Shown here: piece after piece, positions 12,721 to 23,374 of the stretch
How positions within the stretch are numbered: position 1 is the first letter of the stretch
Layout: each line of letters opens with the position of its first letter
From: Jimgerdemannia flammicorona
Taxonomy: Eukaryota
Length of the DNA: 44,293 nucleotides
NCBI GenBank assembly: GCA_003990765.1
Contig: RBNJ01000069.1
Span: forward strand, 1-44,293
Direction of reading: 5' to 3'
Translations under genes and position numbers: made by a program
The notes under the pieces: generated by a model
What the model saw: only the letters and a program-made list of their open reading frames with translations
Told to the model about the DNA's origin: nothing
Databases searched by the model: none

Positions 12721-12778
<58 letters not shown>

Positions 12779-12784
<6 letters not shown>

Positions 12785-13719
12785 GGCTTTTGGTAGAGAG
12801 TGGTCAATAGTGTAAGGAGAGACTTTGGTGATTAGGTAATGAGTGGGAGAAGGACTGGGAGCTATAGATGTAGAGATGAGACTGACTACTACTAGAAGAT
12901 ATATTGGTGGAGAATTTTTAGCTTGGTGATGAAATGGAATATATGCAGAGACTTGGGGGGGACTTACTGTTTGAAGTATGGCAAAGAATAGGGATTGGTG
13001 AGTAGTGAGACTGGAATGGTATTTGACCTTGGAGCAAGTGAGTAATATAGTAGCTTCCCCTCAAGTTCTAGGTGGTATGGTGGAGGTTCCTAAGGCAGAA
13101 TGTGATGCTGAACTATTAGTCAGAACACTTGGTAGTAGATGGCATATTTTAGCATAAGAAATATATAGATATTAGTCAGGAGGACAGAGTGATACAAATG
13201 CCTGAACATTGGTTAGAAGAGTGTGAAGTTTTGAGAGAGTTTTGGTACAGTATTACAAACTTGTTAGAACTTAGGCCCCTGTTGGGGGGGGAAGGGGAGA
13301 GATGGGGGGACCTTCACCAAAGGCTAGTAGATGGGGTTGAAGATGAATAGTTAATCTTGGGATAGGCTCTGGCAAATTGGGTAGGGCTGGTTAGATATTG
13401 GCTATATATCTTTGAGAAGAGCCAGCAGGTTATAGTTGAGGCTAAGGTAGCACATTGAGAATTACATTTTGAATGGTTGGTGGAGAGGGTGGGAACTGGG
13501 TGTAGAGTGCTATCAGAGTTTGGTAGATTATATTTGTAAAAAGAGTAAAGAGCGAGTTGAAATTATAAGTGGCTTAGTTATTCTCTAGTCAAGAGAGATA
13601 AAGTGTTGAGAGAGGGATCCAAGGGACATCAGTTGAGGGATTGTGACTACAAATGTATTATTATTTATAGATTATATAGTAATAAAAGATAGTTTAAGTG
13701 ATTTTTAAAAAAAAAAAAA
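12779..13719 (+). mobile_element. Right part of the older LINE fragment with its own poly(A)
   Basis: Continues the alignment to LINE-B from ~11787 to the 3' end; AATAAA at 13681; poly(A) 13707-13719. Confidence 0.88.
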
Positions 13720-13815
13720 CCAAATTTTTTTTTTAATTACTTTGCTTTTCTCATCTTTTATTGTACATATCTTATCTATTTTACAATAAATAAATTATAA
13801 TTTGAAATGTATACA

Positions 13816-13860
13816 TAACTCTAATCCTAACCCTAACCCTAACCCGAAACCCTAACCCTA
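13816..13860. repeat. Short interstitial telomere-like (CCCTAA)n tract, ~7 degenerate units
   Basis: taactctaatcctaaccctaaccctaacccgaaaccctaacccta. Confidence 0.75.
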
Positions 13861-14122
13861 CATCTACTCACCCTACTTATCTTCTCTACTCCAAACACTA
13901 CCTCTACTCTCTAAACCAACTGATCTCTATTTTTTAATATATAATAACTTGATAAATATATATTAAAATTTAATCGTCTTTAACTTACTAAATTCCTCAT
14001 TATAAGATAAATTAATAACCTAAAGATTAATAAAAAAGTCTAAAAGACTATAATAGAAAAAAACAAAAAACAAAATACAAAAAACAATCAAAAAATTCTT
14101 AAAATATATATATATATATATA

Positions 14123-14497
14123 TTTTTTTTTATATTTATTTGGACTTTCCTTTATTACTACTGTCTATAATAATAATGATACAATATCGCCCCATCCCCT
14201 CAACCAATACTCTTAGGATCTACTCCTCTCCTCTTCATGCTCTTCTGCTAGAAGATAACTCAGTTGCCTACTATCCAAATCTGTCCACCACTTTTCCAAG
14301 AGATACACTGTTCTAAACCTCAGTAACTCCTCCCACTTGGCCCCTATCCATGCCACCAGCTATTCAAAATATCCAGTAACAACCATTCTCAATACACTAC
14401 TCTATTCCCAACCTCAATCCACTGGCCCTCCTCAAATACATATACCCAATATCTAGTAATCCTAATATATATAGCCAGAAAACAATCAAGGATCAGT
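14123..14497 (-). mobile_element. 5'-truncated LINE 3'-end fragment (LINE-B-like)
   Basis: Reverse complement ends ...taataaaggaaagtccaaataaatat(A)n and aligns to LINE-B ~12360-12730; flanked by a (TA)n tract. Confidence 0.8.
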
Positions 14498-15196
14498 ATA
14501 AAATTTATATATATTATATTGAGTTATTTTATTTCTAAACATTGAGTTTAATTTAGATCTTTAATTCAATTTAAGAGTACTATATTAATCTTTATATACT
14601 CTATATACTTAATTCTACTATCAGCTATTATATCTGGATTATTTTTCAAATTTACCATTACTTTACTATCAGTAATATTTCTTTGCCACTGGTATTAGCC
14701 TCTCTTGCCTCTAAATCTATTTTACCAGATATTATCCCCCTAGCTCTTTAGTATTTGCTTCTTCTTCTCTCTCTACTAGATACTCCAAATATCTCTAGGC
14801 TAACTGTCTGCTTTTACTTTATTAATAAAATTATTCATACCAACTCCTTAATATCCAGACTAGGCTATTTACTCTTAGCTCTCTCCTACCTACTAGTACT
14901 ACTGAAGAAGTCTATATATATACTATATTTTATCCTTATATACTATTAGTTAAATACTACAAACCACCAGACTGAGAATACTTATAATAACACTTTTTTT
15001 GACATATTACTAGTACTTTTCTAAAATAATCTACTGAAAAGTATATTGTAAATTTGTATAATATAAATAGTAATAGTGGAAGATAAGTATAAAAGGTAAT
15101 ATTTTGGGCTAATATTGTAAGTGCTCAACCTCCAAGCCACTGAAATCACCTGCAACCTCCAAACAAATCTGGAAATCACCTGCTTGATCATGTAGC

Positions 15197-15302
15197 TGAG
15201 TCAAACTGAAGTCACAGTGCAGAAAGCTGAGTCAATATAAAGTCACAGAACACAAGATCCATACAAATGGAATCTTACCAATTAGGACCAAATGTATATA
15301 TA
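15197..15302 (+). promoter_or_regulatory. Candidate promoter of the U3 ORF (two TGAGTCA, CCAAT, TATATATA)
   Basis: TGAGTCA at 15197 and 15228, CCAAT at ~15278, TATATATA at 15295-15302, ~78 bp before ATG 15373; all retained in the 3' LTR. Confidence 0.5.
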
Positions 15303-15372
15303 CTAAGTACCAAGATGCGTCGGAACAGAGAACCAAAACAAAATAACAACCACAACTTCCAAATACACAAAC

Positions 15373-16470
15373 ATGACCACCAAGATCTATACCTACATCT
15401 GTGCTGACATTTGGAATGCCATTGTCAACCGAGCCATGCCCCCTCTGCCCCTCATGAATATCCATAGCCTGGCACCCCTCTACTTCGTGGAAGCCCGGTG
15501 GAATGCTCTGAACATGCTTAGTGAGGCCCACTGAATTGGACAAATCTCAAGCTACTACCAGATTGGCTGCCTCCTGGAAGACATGGTTGAACACCACCAT
15601 GATATAGACATTACCGAGATGTCTCAACACCAGAAGCTCATCGCCTGCAAACATCGAGAACTCTTCTACGAGTACAGTACCATTATTCCCTGCCTCCGAG
15701 TTATCACCAGTGAAATGATTGCTACCCTGTCCTATGGCCAAATCGATGACATGATACAAGAACTCAACCACAAGTACCTCGAGTATGTCAAAACCACAGA
15801 CAGAACCTTCCCACACCCCAACGATCATATCCTACAAATGCCCCAAGTTGGATATGCCATGAAGGACATCTATGATATAATCCACTTCGATGAAGACAAA
15901 GCAGAAGACAATGATCCCTCTGATGCTGATATGACCTCAAGCCAAGGATCTCTACCAATCCTGATCATACCACCAACCCTGCCAATGAACCTACAACAGT
16001 TCATAACCACCTATAAGACTTATTGGGACAATGACCACTGGCATGAATACCAATCCACATTTACCCCCAATTACTTCAACTACAATGAAGAGACTGGAGA
16101 ACACAACCTGTACCTTCAGACAACCCTCAAGATCGAACCAACCACTCCACCACCCAAGTATGAGTGACACAAACCACAGCTGCCAGCTTACTACAAACCC
16201 GTGACTCATAGTGCTGTAACCTATAGAAGGTACACAGACAGCAAATCCGATGAAAGTGAAAACAATGCACCCCTCCTTCACCTGCCAACACCTTATCCAG
16301 CATATGAGACAGATGATGCCATCCTGTGGGACAGAGACGAAGTTCCAATGTATTATTACCTCAGTGAATAAGGAGAAGTAATCTGCGAACCACTCTTCCT
16401 AGATGACTACTTCATCAGAGATGACGCAATTGATGGTAATGTTATCAAAGACTACCCAGACAGTGCCTAA
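15373..16470 (+). pseudogene. LTR(U3)-encoded ORF of Gypsy-1, ~365 aa, unknown function (5' LTR copy)
   Basis: One frame from ATG (MTTKIY) to TAA (YPDSA*), 1098 nt; internal stops are mostly sense codons in the other LTR. Confidence 0.85.
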
Positions 16471-16659
16471 ACTCATAAATAGCCAAGCAGTCATAGTATA
16501 GTTATATTAGCCTTGTACGACATAACTGTGAACTGGCTCAGCAGTCAGATGATCTCTTGATATGTCAGATCACACTTGTACTATGTGACTGCATTCCAAC
16601 TCAGTAAGGTACTTAGTGCTACATCCATATTTAGCATAGTCCAGATAGCCCCTTACTAG

Positions 16660-16788
16660 TATAAATACCCCCTCCCCCAGACCTCAGAATCTCAGACTCA
16701 AATTCACAAGAACATTCCTGAATACTTCCCCACAATACCCCTTCACACAACCACTCCTAGTATAGCAATATCATGAATAGCAAATAAA
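16660..16788 (+). promoter_or_regulatory. Candidate LTR TATA box and downstream poly(A) signal (U3/R)
   Basis: TATAAATA 16660-16667 and AATAAA 16783-16788, both present in the 3' LTR. Confidence 0.55.
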
Positions 16789-16893
16789 CCTATTCCATAA
16801 CCCACAAACCACTCTTAAGTAAATCCGCTCTCTGTTAGGTCCTACTCCTAACTCCTTCACGAAATTTCCTAATTGGGTATTGTCTGCAGCAAT

Positions 16894-18180
16894 ATGCCAA
16901 TTCAACTAAGCTGGTCTTAGTTTCTTGAACTTCCTGAAATACGGAAAATCCTGAACATCCAGAACTAGTCCAAAAAAGGACTTTGGTTGAGATGTCAACC
17001 CGATCTTGAAATCAATAAGTGTAGAGGACATACTCCATATGAAATTGATCTTGACCATAAGAAAATGGTCTTCCAGAATATCCAGAACTTCGAGAAAACC
17101 CTTCCAGAACTACATAATGGTTACCCTAAAAAGCAACCCTCTTACAACTTGGTAGCAGCAGTTTACAATCCAATTCTGCTTCAAGATGCTTCCTCACCCC
17201 ACTACAAATCCCTCTGTGAATTCCTACAAGTTGGTATAAAGCCCAACCTCTGAACTGGAATTTATCCTGAACCATCTGACAATCTGGAGAGAATTGAACC
17301 TGATGTACAAGGACAATTTGACCTCCACACCTGCAACAAGTGGGACAAACTTCACTCAAAGAAAGAAGTACTCCGATTAAATCAGCAAATAGGCGAAACC
17401 CTATTCACCGAACTCCTTGCACTACACCCAGCAAGTCAAGATGAAGAAGGTCTTATTGAAGCCTTCTTTACTCTTCTCAACAAGAGTTTTGTCAGCTCTA
17501 CAAATCTGAGCGACCTAGGACAACCAGCAGCAGTCTTTCTAGCCTTAGTTCCTCATGAAGCCCAAGCCTTTGTAGCCAAGTGGCTCAACTCTACTGACTT
17601 TCACCGTACCAGGACCAAGACTGCATTATACTACTGATTCCAGAACAGCAAGGCCTGCCATATTCTTAAAGAAGAAGCAAGAGAAACCCTTCATCAACTA
17701 TCTGATCCTGAACCTGAAGCAGGCCCTGCTACAGCCCTATCTGAACCTGAAATCAATACCGAACCTGAACTTGATCTTGAATTAAGTCCCTCTGAAATCA
17801 GATATACAACTGATTCTGTCTACTTTGACACCAAGTAAACCCAACTACATGGGGACCAAACCGAAGAGGAGGAGGAGTATCTCACTGAATTTGATCCCGG
17901 ATACACCACAGAAGAAGACGCACTCCCATCAGGACAGAATACACCTACACAACAACAAACAGCTATCTATCAAGCCCTTACTCCAGATCCACAACTACTA
18001 CTCCAGCAACTTACACAGACCCAAAGAACCCCATCACTCTGCACCAGTACCTCAAGTAGTACCAGTAACACCACTACCAGCCATCCAACTACCTCCAGTA
18101 AACAACATGGCGAACCAACAGATTCTCAATCTCACAGCCCAAGTGGCTATAATAGCAGCAACCATTACTACCTTAGCTGA
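16894..18180 (+). pseudogene. Gypsy-1 ORF0 upstream of gag, ~428 codons, begins inside the LTR and crosses the PBS
   Basis: One frame with only 5 internal stops (16918, 16966, 17251, 17635, 17836); protein-like composition; overlaps the gag start in another frame. Confidence 0.65.
17150..17161 (+). other. Primer-binding site, probably tRNA-iMet
   Basis: TGGTAGCAGCAG 3 nt after the LTR end; TGGTAGC is typical of initiator-Met PBSs. Confidence 0.75.
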
Positions 18181-19159
18181 ACAGACCTGACCTACCAAAA
18201 ATCTGAGCCTACCTATCTTCAATGGTACTGCACAAGAAGTCCAAAGCTTCATTAGTGTAGTTGAGACCAACTTTGAAGCCAATCAATGGACCAATGAGTG
18301 AGTTGCTGACCGTGTTCTGACAAACAATCAAGACCACACACTGGAACAACTCTTTGCTACCACTACAGCCTATGTCCGCCGAGTTGTTACATTCTTCCAA
18401 GGACCTGCTGAAGAATGGTGGTGAACTCTTCCTGAAAAGCCCCTCACATGGGATACCCAACCTATAGTAGTTGCTCAGAATGCAGCAAACAATGCCCCAG
18501 GATATGGAGCCCATCCTGCAGCCCCAGGACTCAAACAACTCATGATTGCTCAATACCACAGTGAAACCATGATTACTGAATCTCGAGTAAAACTCCGCAA
18601 CCTCAAATTTGATGTACATGACAAAGAAGAATTTGAAACCTTCTGTATAAAACTTGAGTCACTCCTGAACACCATTGGCCTAGGATACATTGCCAATGAT
18701 GAAGCAGGAAATTGTACAAGAGCAGACCATTTATTCGATGCCCTGCCTGAATGGCTTACTAGAAAAATCCGAGAACAAGGCCGCCCAGTTGGTTGTGATA
18801 ACCAATAATGGTGCCTGGCAAGAATCAAGACTATGGTTAAGTGAATCCTAACAGCTGGACCCATTCTGCCCTGAAGACAATTCAACAATAAGGAAAGAAC
18901 TTAGACTAAGAAAGAAGAACCCAAGCATGAAGCATCCCGAGCTCCCTCTACATCCACCTCTTGGACATCCAGAAATCATGAACCCACCCAACCGAGTGCC
19001 TTCAAGAAACTCACTGAAGGCGAAAGAAATGAACTTAGAAGAAGTGGAGCATGCTTCTATTGCCGAAAGACAGGACACATGGCCAGTACCTGCCCTACCT
19101 GAACAGCAACACGAGCTACTGTTACCACTCTGTACCACCTCAACAATCTGACCACCAAA

Positions 19160-19570
19160 ACACTAGATTTTGTTAAGTTAAGACAAACTGCGAAGGCCCC
19201 AATCAAAGGAAGTTAAAAAGCCGCTGGATATGACCTGTATGCAGCCGAGGAAGCTACAGTTTCCAACCGAGAAGTCAAATAAGTTTACACAGGAATCAGC
19301 ATCCAAATCCCTGAAGGACATGTTGGAAGAATATGCTGTCACAGCAGCCTAGCATTGAAAGGACTCTCAGTAGAAGGAGGAGTCATTGACAAGGATTACA
19401 CAGGAGAAATCATTGCCCTCATCTGAAACCACAGTTGGACATCCTTCAAGATCCCTATAGGGTTCTGCATTGCCCAAATCCTATTTGAAAAAATCGAGTC
19501 AACCCTGACAGTCAAGGAAGTCCCTGAACTACTGCCCACCAACTGAGGATCTAAAGGATTTGGTTTATCA
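19160..19570 (+). other. dut: dUTPase domain between nucleocapsid and protease (Gypsy-1)
   Basis: Trimeric dUTPase motifs AAGYDLY, HSSL (=RSS), GGVIDKDYTGEI, IAQILF, *GSKGFGLS. Confidence 0.92.
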
Positions 19571-22500
19571 ACAAAGGCCCCAGCCCAATCTACCACAAAC
19601 AAAGAAGAACAATTCTATAAGAAAATCGAAAATAGATATGTACCAAGTGGCTGATGCCCCCATGGCATTAGAATGTACTCTTCCCGAATGATTGACAATT
19701 GCTTCTCTTGTGTTAATGAACTGGCTCAAAGAAGAACCAACAGAAGTAAAGCTCCTATAACTGAAATTACCACCATTGGATCAGACAAACTGCTCACCCT
19801 CAAGGCTTTTGTCAACCGAGCACCTGTCAAGATTATGATAGACAGTGGTGCCTCTGGTAACTTCATCAATGAAGAAACAGCCAACAGACTCAAGGTCTTC
19901 ACCTCTCCAGTACAACAAACTCAAGCAGTTGCTACAGCTGATGGAAACTCACATATTATTAGCAAAGAAGTCTGCAATCTACCCCTCCAAATTGGTGACT
20001 ACCAAGTACATGTTACCCTCGAAATCGTACCACTCCCTGACAATGAAATCATCCTTGGGACCCCATGGTTAAAACAAGAAAACCCCATGATCAATTGGGT
20101 AAACCATTCTCTGACCATCAAGAAAGGATGCCACAACTTCAAACTGCAAGGCAAGAAGGACCCACTCATTTCTAGTGACCCTGGACCAAAGATCACCCAC
20201 ATTAATAAGTTATAACTCAAGAAATTGGCCAAGAAAAGCCCTCTCTTCGCGATCTCCATTCACCCATCCAAAGGAGAACCCGAGAATTCTGAAGAAGACT
20301 TTTCCAAAGTTAACAGCCATGTCAGACCACTACTTCAGAAATTTCGAGATATATTCCCAAAGAAGCTTCCGAAAGGCCTACCTCCTAAACAAGCAGTAGA
20401 CCATGCCATCAAGACCATTCCAGATGCCAAGCCAGCCTTCAAGTCAATCTACCATATGTCTCCAAGAGAAATTGATGCACTCAAGAAGGAAATCGATGAA
20501 CTCCTAGAACAAGGATTCATCAGACCTAGTGTATCACCCTATGGTGCACCAGTCCTCTTTGTTGTAAAGAAAGGAGGAGACCTGCGAATGTGTATTGATT
20601 ACCGAGACCTCAACAAACAGACCATTAAGAACTATTGCCCACTCCCCAGAATCGATGAAATATTTGACAGGCTTACCAACCCACAATTCATGAGCTCTTT
20701 TGACCTATGAAATGGTTACTGGCAAATTGCCATGAAAGAAGAAGAAATCTACAAGACAGCCTTCCAAACTCGCTATAGACACTTTGAGTTCTTGGTTATG
20801 CCCTTTGGCTTAAATAATGCCCCAGCAACCTTCTAGATACTGATGAACACCATTCTACATCCATACCTGGACAAATTTGTCATTGTCTACATTGATGACA
20901 TCCTAGTCTTCAGCAAAACCTTGAAGGAACATCTTGAACACCTTGAACTAGTACTACTGAAACTCCAAGAAAACCATCTCTTTGCAAAACTCAGCAAGAG
21001 TGAATTTCTTCTGAAAGAAATTCAATTCCTTGGACATATTGTCACCCCAAATGGAATCAAAGTGGACCCCAGCAAAATCTCCACAATCAAGGATTGGCCC
21101 AGACCCAAGAAGCTGAAAGAACTCCAGTCATTCCTGGGATTAGCAAACTATTACAGGCGATTTGTTGCCAACTTCGCTAAAATCACCTCTGCCCTTACTC
21201 AAATGACCAAGTACAACAAGAAACAAGAACAACCCTGGACCATGAAACAAGAAAAAGACTTCAACAACCTTGTAACTTGGGGACCCGAATAAGATACAGC
21301 CTTTCAAGCACTGAAAGATGCCTTGATAACTACTCCAGTACTTCAAGTGACAAATCCTGCCCTACCATATGAAGTTACCACTAATGCTTCTGACCTGGCC
21401 CTTGGAGCCGTCCTCATGCAAGAAGGACATCCTGTGGCCTATCACTCCCACAAGTTCAATGATGCCAAAATCAACTATGCAACTTATGAGAAGGAGATAC
21501 TAGCCATCATGGACACTCTGATCAAATGGCGACCCTATCTAGAAGGAGCACACTTTACTGTATTGACTGACTACAAGTCATTAATCAACATCAAGACACA
21601 GGCTACCCTTTCTCGAAAGCAAGCCAGATGGATGAAAGTCCTCACCAACTTTGACTATAAAATCCAGTACTGCCCTGGCAAAGAAAATATTGTTGCTGAT
21701 GCAATCTCCAGACCACCAATCGAAGAAGTTATCCAAACTCTCACCTTGGTTACAAACTCCATCATGGAACAAATTATCACAGCATGTACTGATGATAAAG
21801 AAGCTCAAGCACTCCGTGAAATCCTAAACAGTGACGATGCTGACAAACATAACTGGTACAACCAATACCAACTCAAGGACAATGCTATCTACTACTAAGA
21901 CAGACTGTATATCCCAAACAACTGAGACCTCCGAAGGACTATCCTATTTGAATGTCATGATGCCCCTATAGCTGGACATTTAGGATTTGATAAATGTTAT
22001 GAAGTTATCTCTTGGAACTTCTATTGGCCCTGCATGGCAGATCAGCTCAAAACCTATATCACTTCCTGTGATGCCTGCCAATGAAACAAGTCCTCAATAC
22101 TAGCAAAACCTGGCTTACTACACCCTATCCCAGTACCATTTGCAAATTGGGAACAAATCTCTATAGACTTCATTGTACAACTACCCCAAACCAAGAACAG
22201 AAAAGATGCAATTGTTGTCTTCATGGACTATCTCAGCAAACAAGCCCACTTTATGCCAACTACCACTACCGCAACAGCACCAGACATAGCCACACTCTTG
22301 TTTGATAATATCTTCTGCTATCATGGTCTTCCCAAGATCATTGTTAGTGACTGAGACCCGAAATTCACCAGCTATTTTTGGAAAGCCCTCCATATACACC
22401 TTGGAACAAAGCTTGCACTATCCACAGCCTTTTACCCAGAAACTGATGACCAAACTGAAAGAATGAACTGAACTCTAGAATAAATGCTAAGAACCTATGT

Positions 22501-23062
22501 TTCCTACAGACAAGATGACTGGCATGAACATCTCACCACAGTGGAATTTGCTTATAACAATAGCAAGCAAGCCTCTCTTGGAATGACCCCATTCTTCGCC
22601 AACACCGGACAAAACCCGAACAATCCTTTGACACTCATCCGAACTACTGAAGAACCCTCTACAGTCGAAGCTGTTGAAGAATTCTTACTCCGAATGCGCA
22701 ATCTATGCCAGATTGCAATTGAGAATTTATCACGAGCCCAAGAACAACAGTCACAGTATGTTAACCAACACCGCTGAGAAGAAATCTTTGATATTGGAGA
22801 AAAGGTTCTACTAGACATCTGAGGATACCGAGTTGACAACCTCAAGCATAGACTATTCACAAAGCTGAACAGTAAGTTTATTGGACCATTTGAAGTCATT
22901 GTACAAGTTTCTCCAACCTCTTACAAATTGGCGCTACCAGACACTATTAAGATTCACCCAGTCTTTAATGTTCAATGTCTCAAGCAATACAATGAGAATG
23001 ATGATGAGCTATTTCCAAACTAGACCACCAAACCACCTACACCTGTCATTATTAATGACCAA

Positions 23063-23215
23063 GAAGAATACAAAGTTGAAAAAATCTTCAACAAACGTGG
23101 CAACAAGAGCCACCCTGAGTACCTTGTTAAATGGAAAGGTTACCCAATCCACGATGCAACCTGGGAACCCAAGACCAATCTCCAGAATACTACCGACCTA
23201 GTTCAGGAATATGAT
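23063..23215 (+). other. Chromodomain at the integrase C-terminus
   Basis: EEYKVEKIFNKRGNKSHPEYLVKWKGYPIHDATWEPKTNLQNTTDLVQEY. Confidence 0.93.
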
Positions 23216-23360
23216 TCCTTGAACAACTGAAACCAAAATACTCCAATACCTACTAGTATATACTATATATTACCCTCCTGAACATTATAATTATCATGAA
23301 CCTAATCAAGAACTCAGTAAGACAGAACAATTAGAAGACCTGACGAGGACATCAAAAGCT

Positions 23361-23373
23361 AAGAAGGGGAGAG
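23361..23373 (+). other. Polypurine tract of Gypsy-1
   Basis: AAGAAGGGGAGAG just before the 3' LTR. Confidence 0.9.
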
Positions 23374-23374
23374 T

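Larger units (their letters stand above)
7018..12778 (+). mobile_element. LINE-B: full-length decayed APE-type LINE, related subfamily, with a 16-bp TSD
   Basis: TSD tataaagacttttggt (7002-7017) / tacaaaggcttttggt (12779-12794), 14/16 identical; AATAAA 12702-12707; poly(A) 12728-12778. Confidence 0.93.
15116..17146 (+). repeat. Gypsy-1 5' LTR (2031 bp)
   Basis: Direct repeat of 23375-25400; 6-bp terminal inverted repeat TGTAAG/CTTACA. Confidence 0.97.
18107..23230 (+). pseudogene. Gypsy-1 single-frame gag-pol: Gag, CCHC knuckle, dUTPase, small Cys/His module, aspartic protease, RT, RNase H, integrase, chromodomain
   Basis: All ORF-track pieces are in one frame. CFYCRKTGHMASTC at 19052; [21 protein letters not shown] at 20888; NASDLALGAVL; HHCC integrase motif; GPF; EYLVKWKGY..TWEP. 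Multiple nonsense mutations. Confidence 0.95.

Noticed and set aside
15116-15230. Cluster of four transversions between the Gypsy-1 LTRs at their 5' edge as evidence of template switching
   Set aside because: Too few sites to separate from chance without other copies
15373-16470. U3 ORF as an env gene
   Set aside because: No visible signal peptide, transmembrane segment or furin site; it lies within the LTR rather than between pol and the PPT
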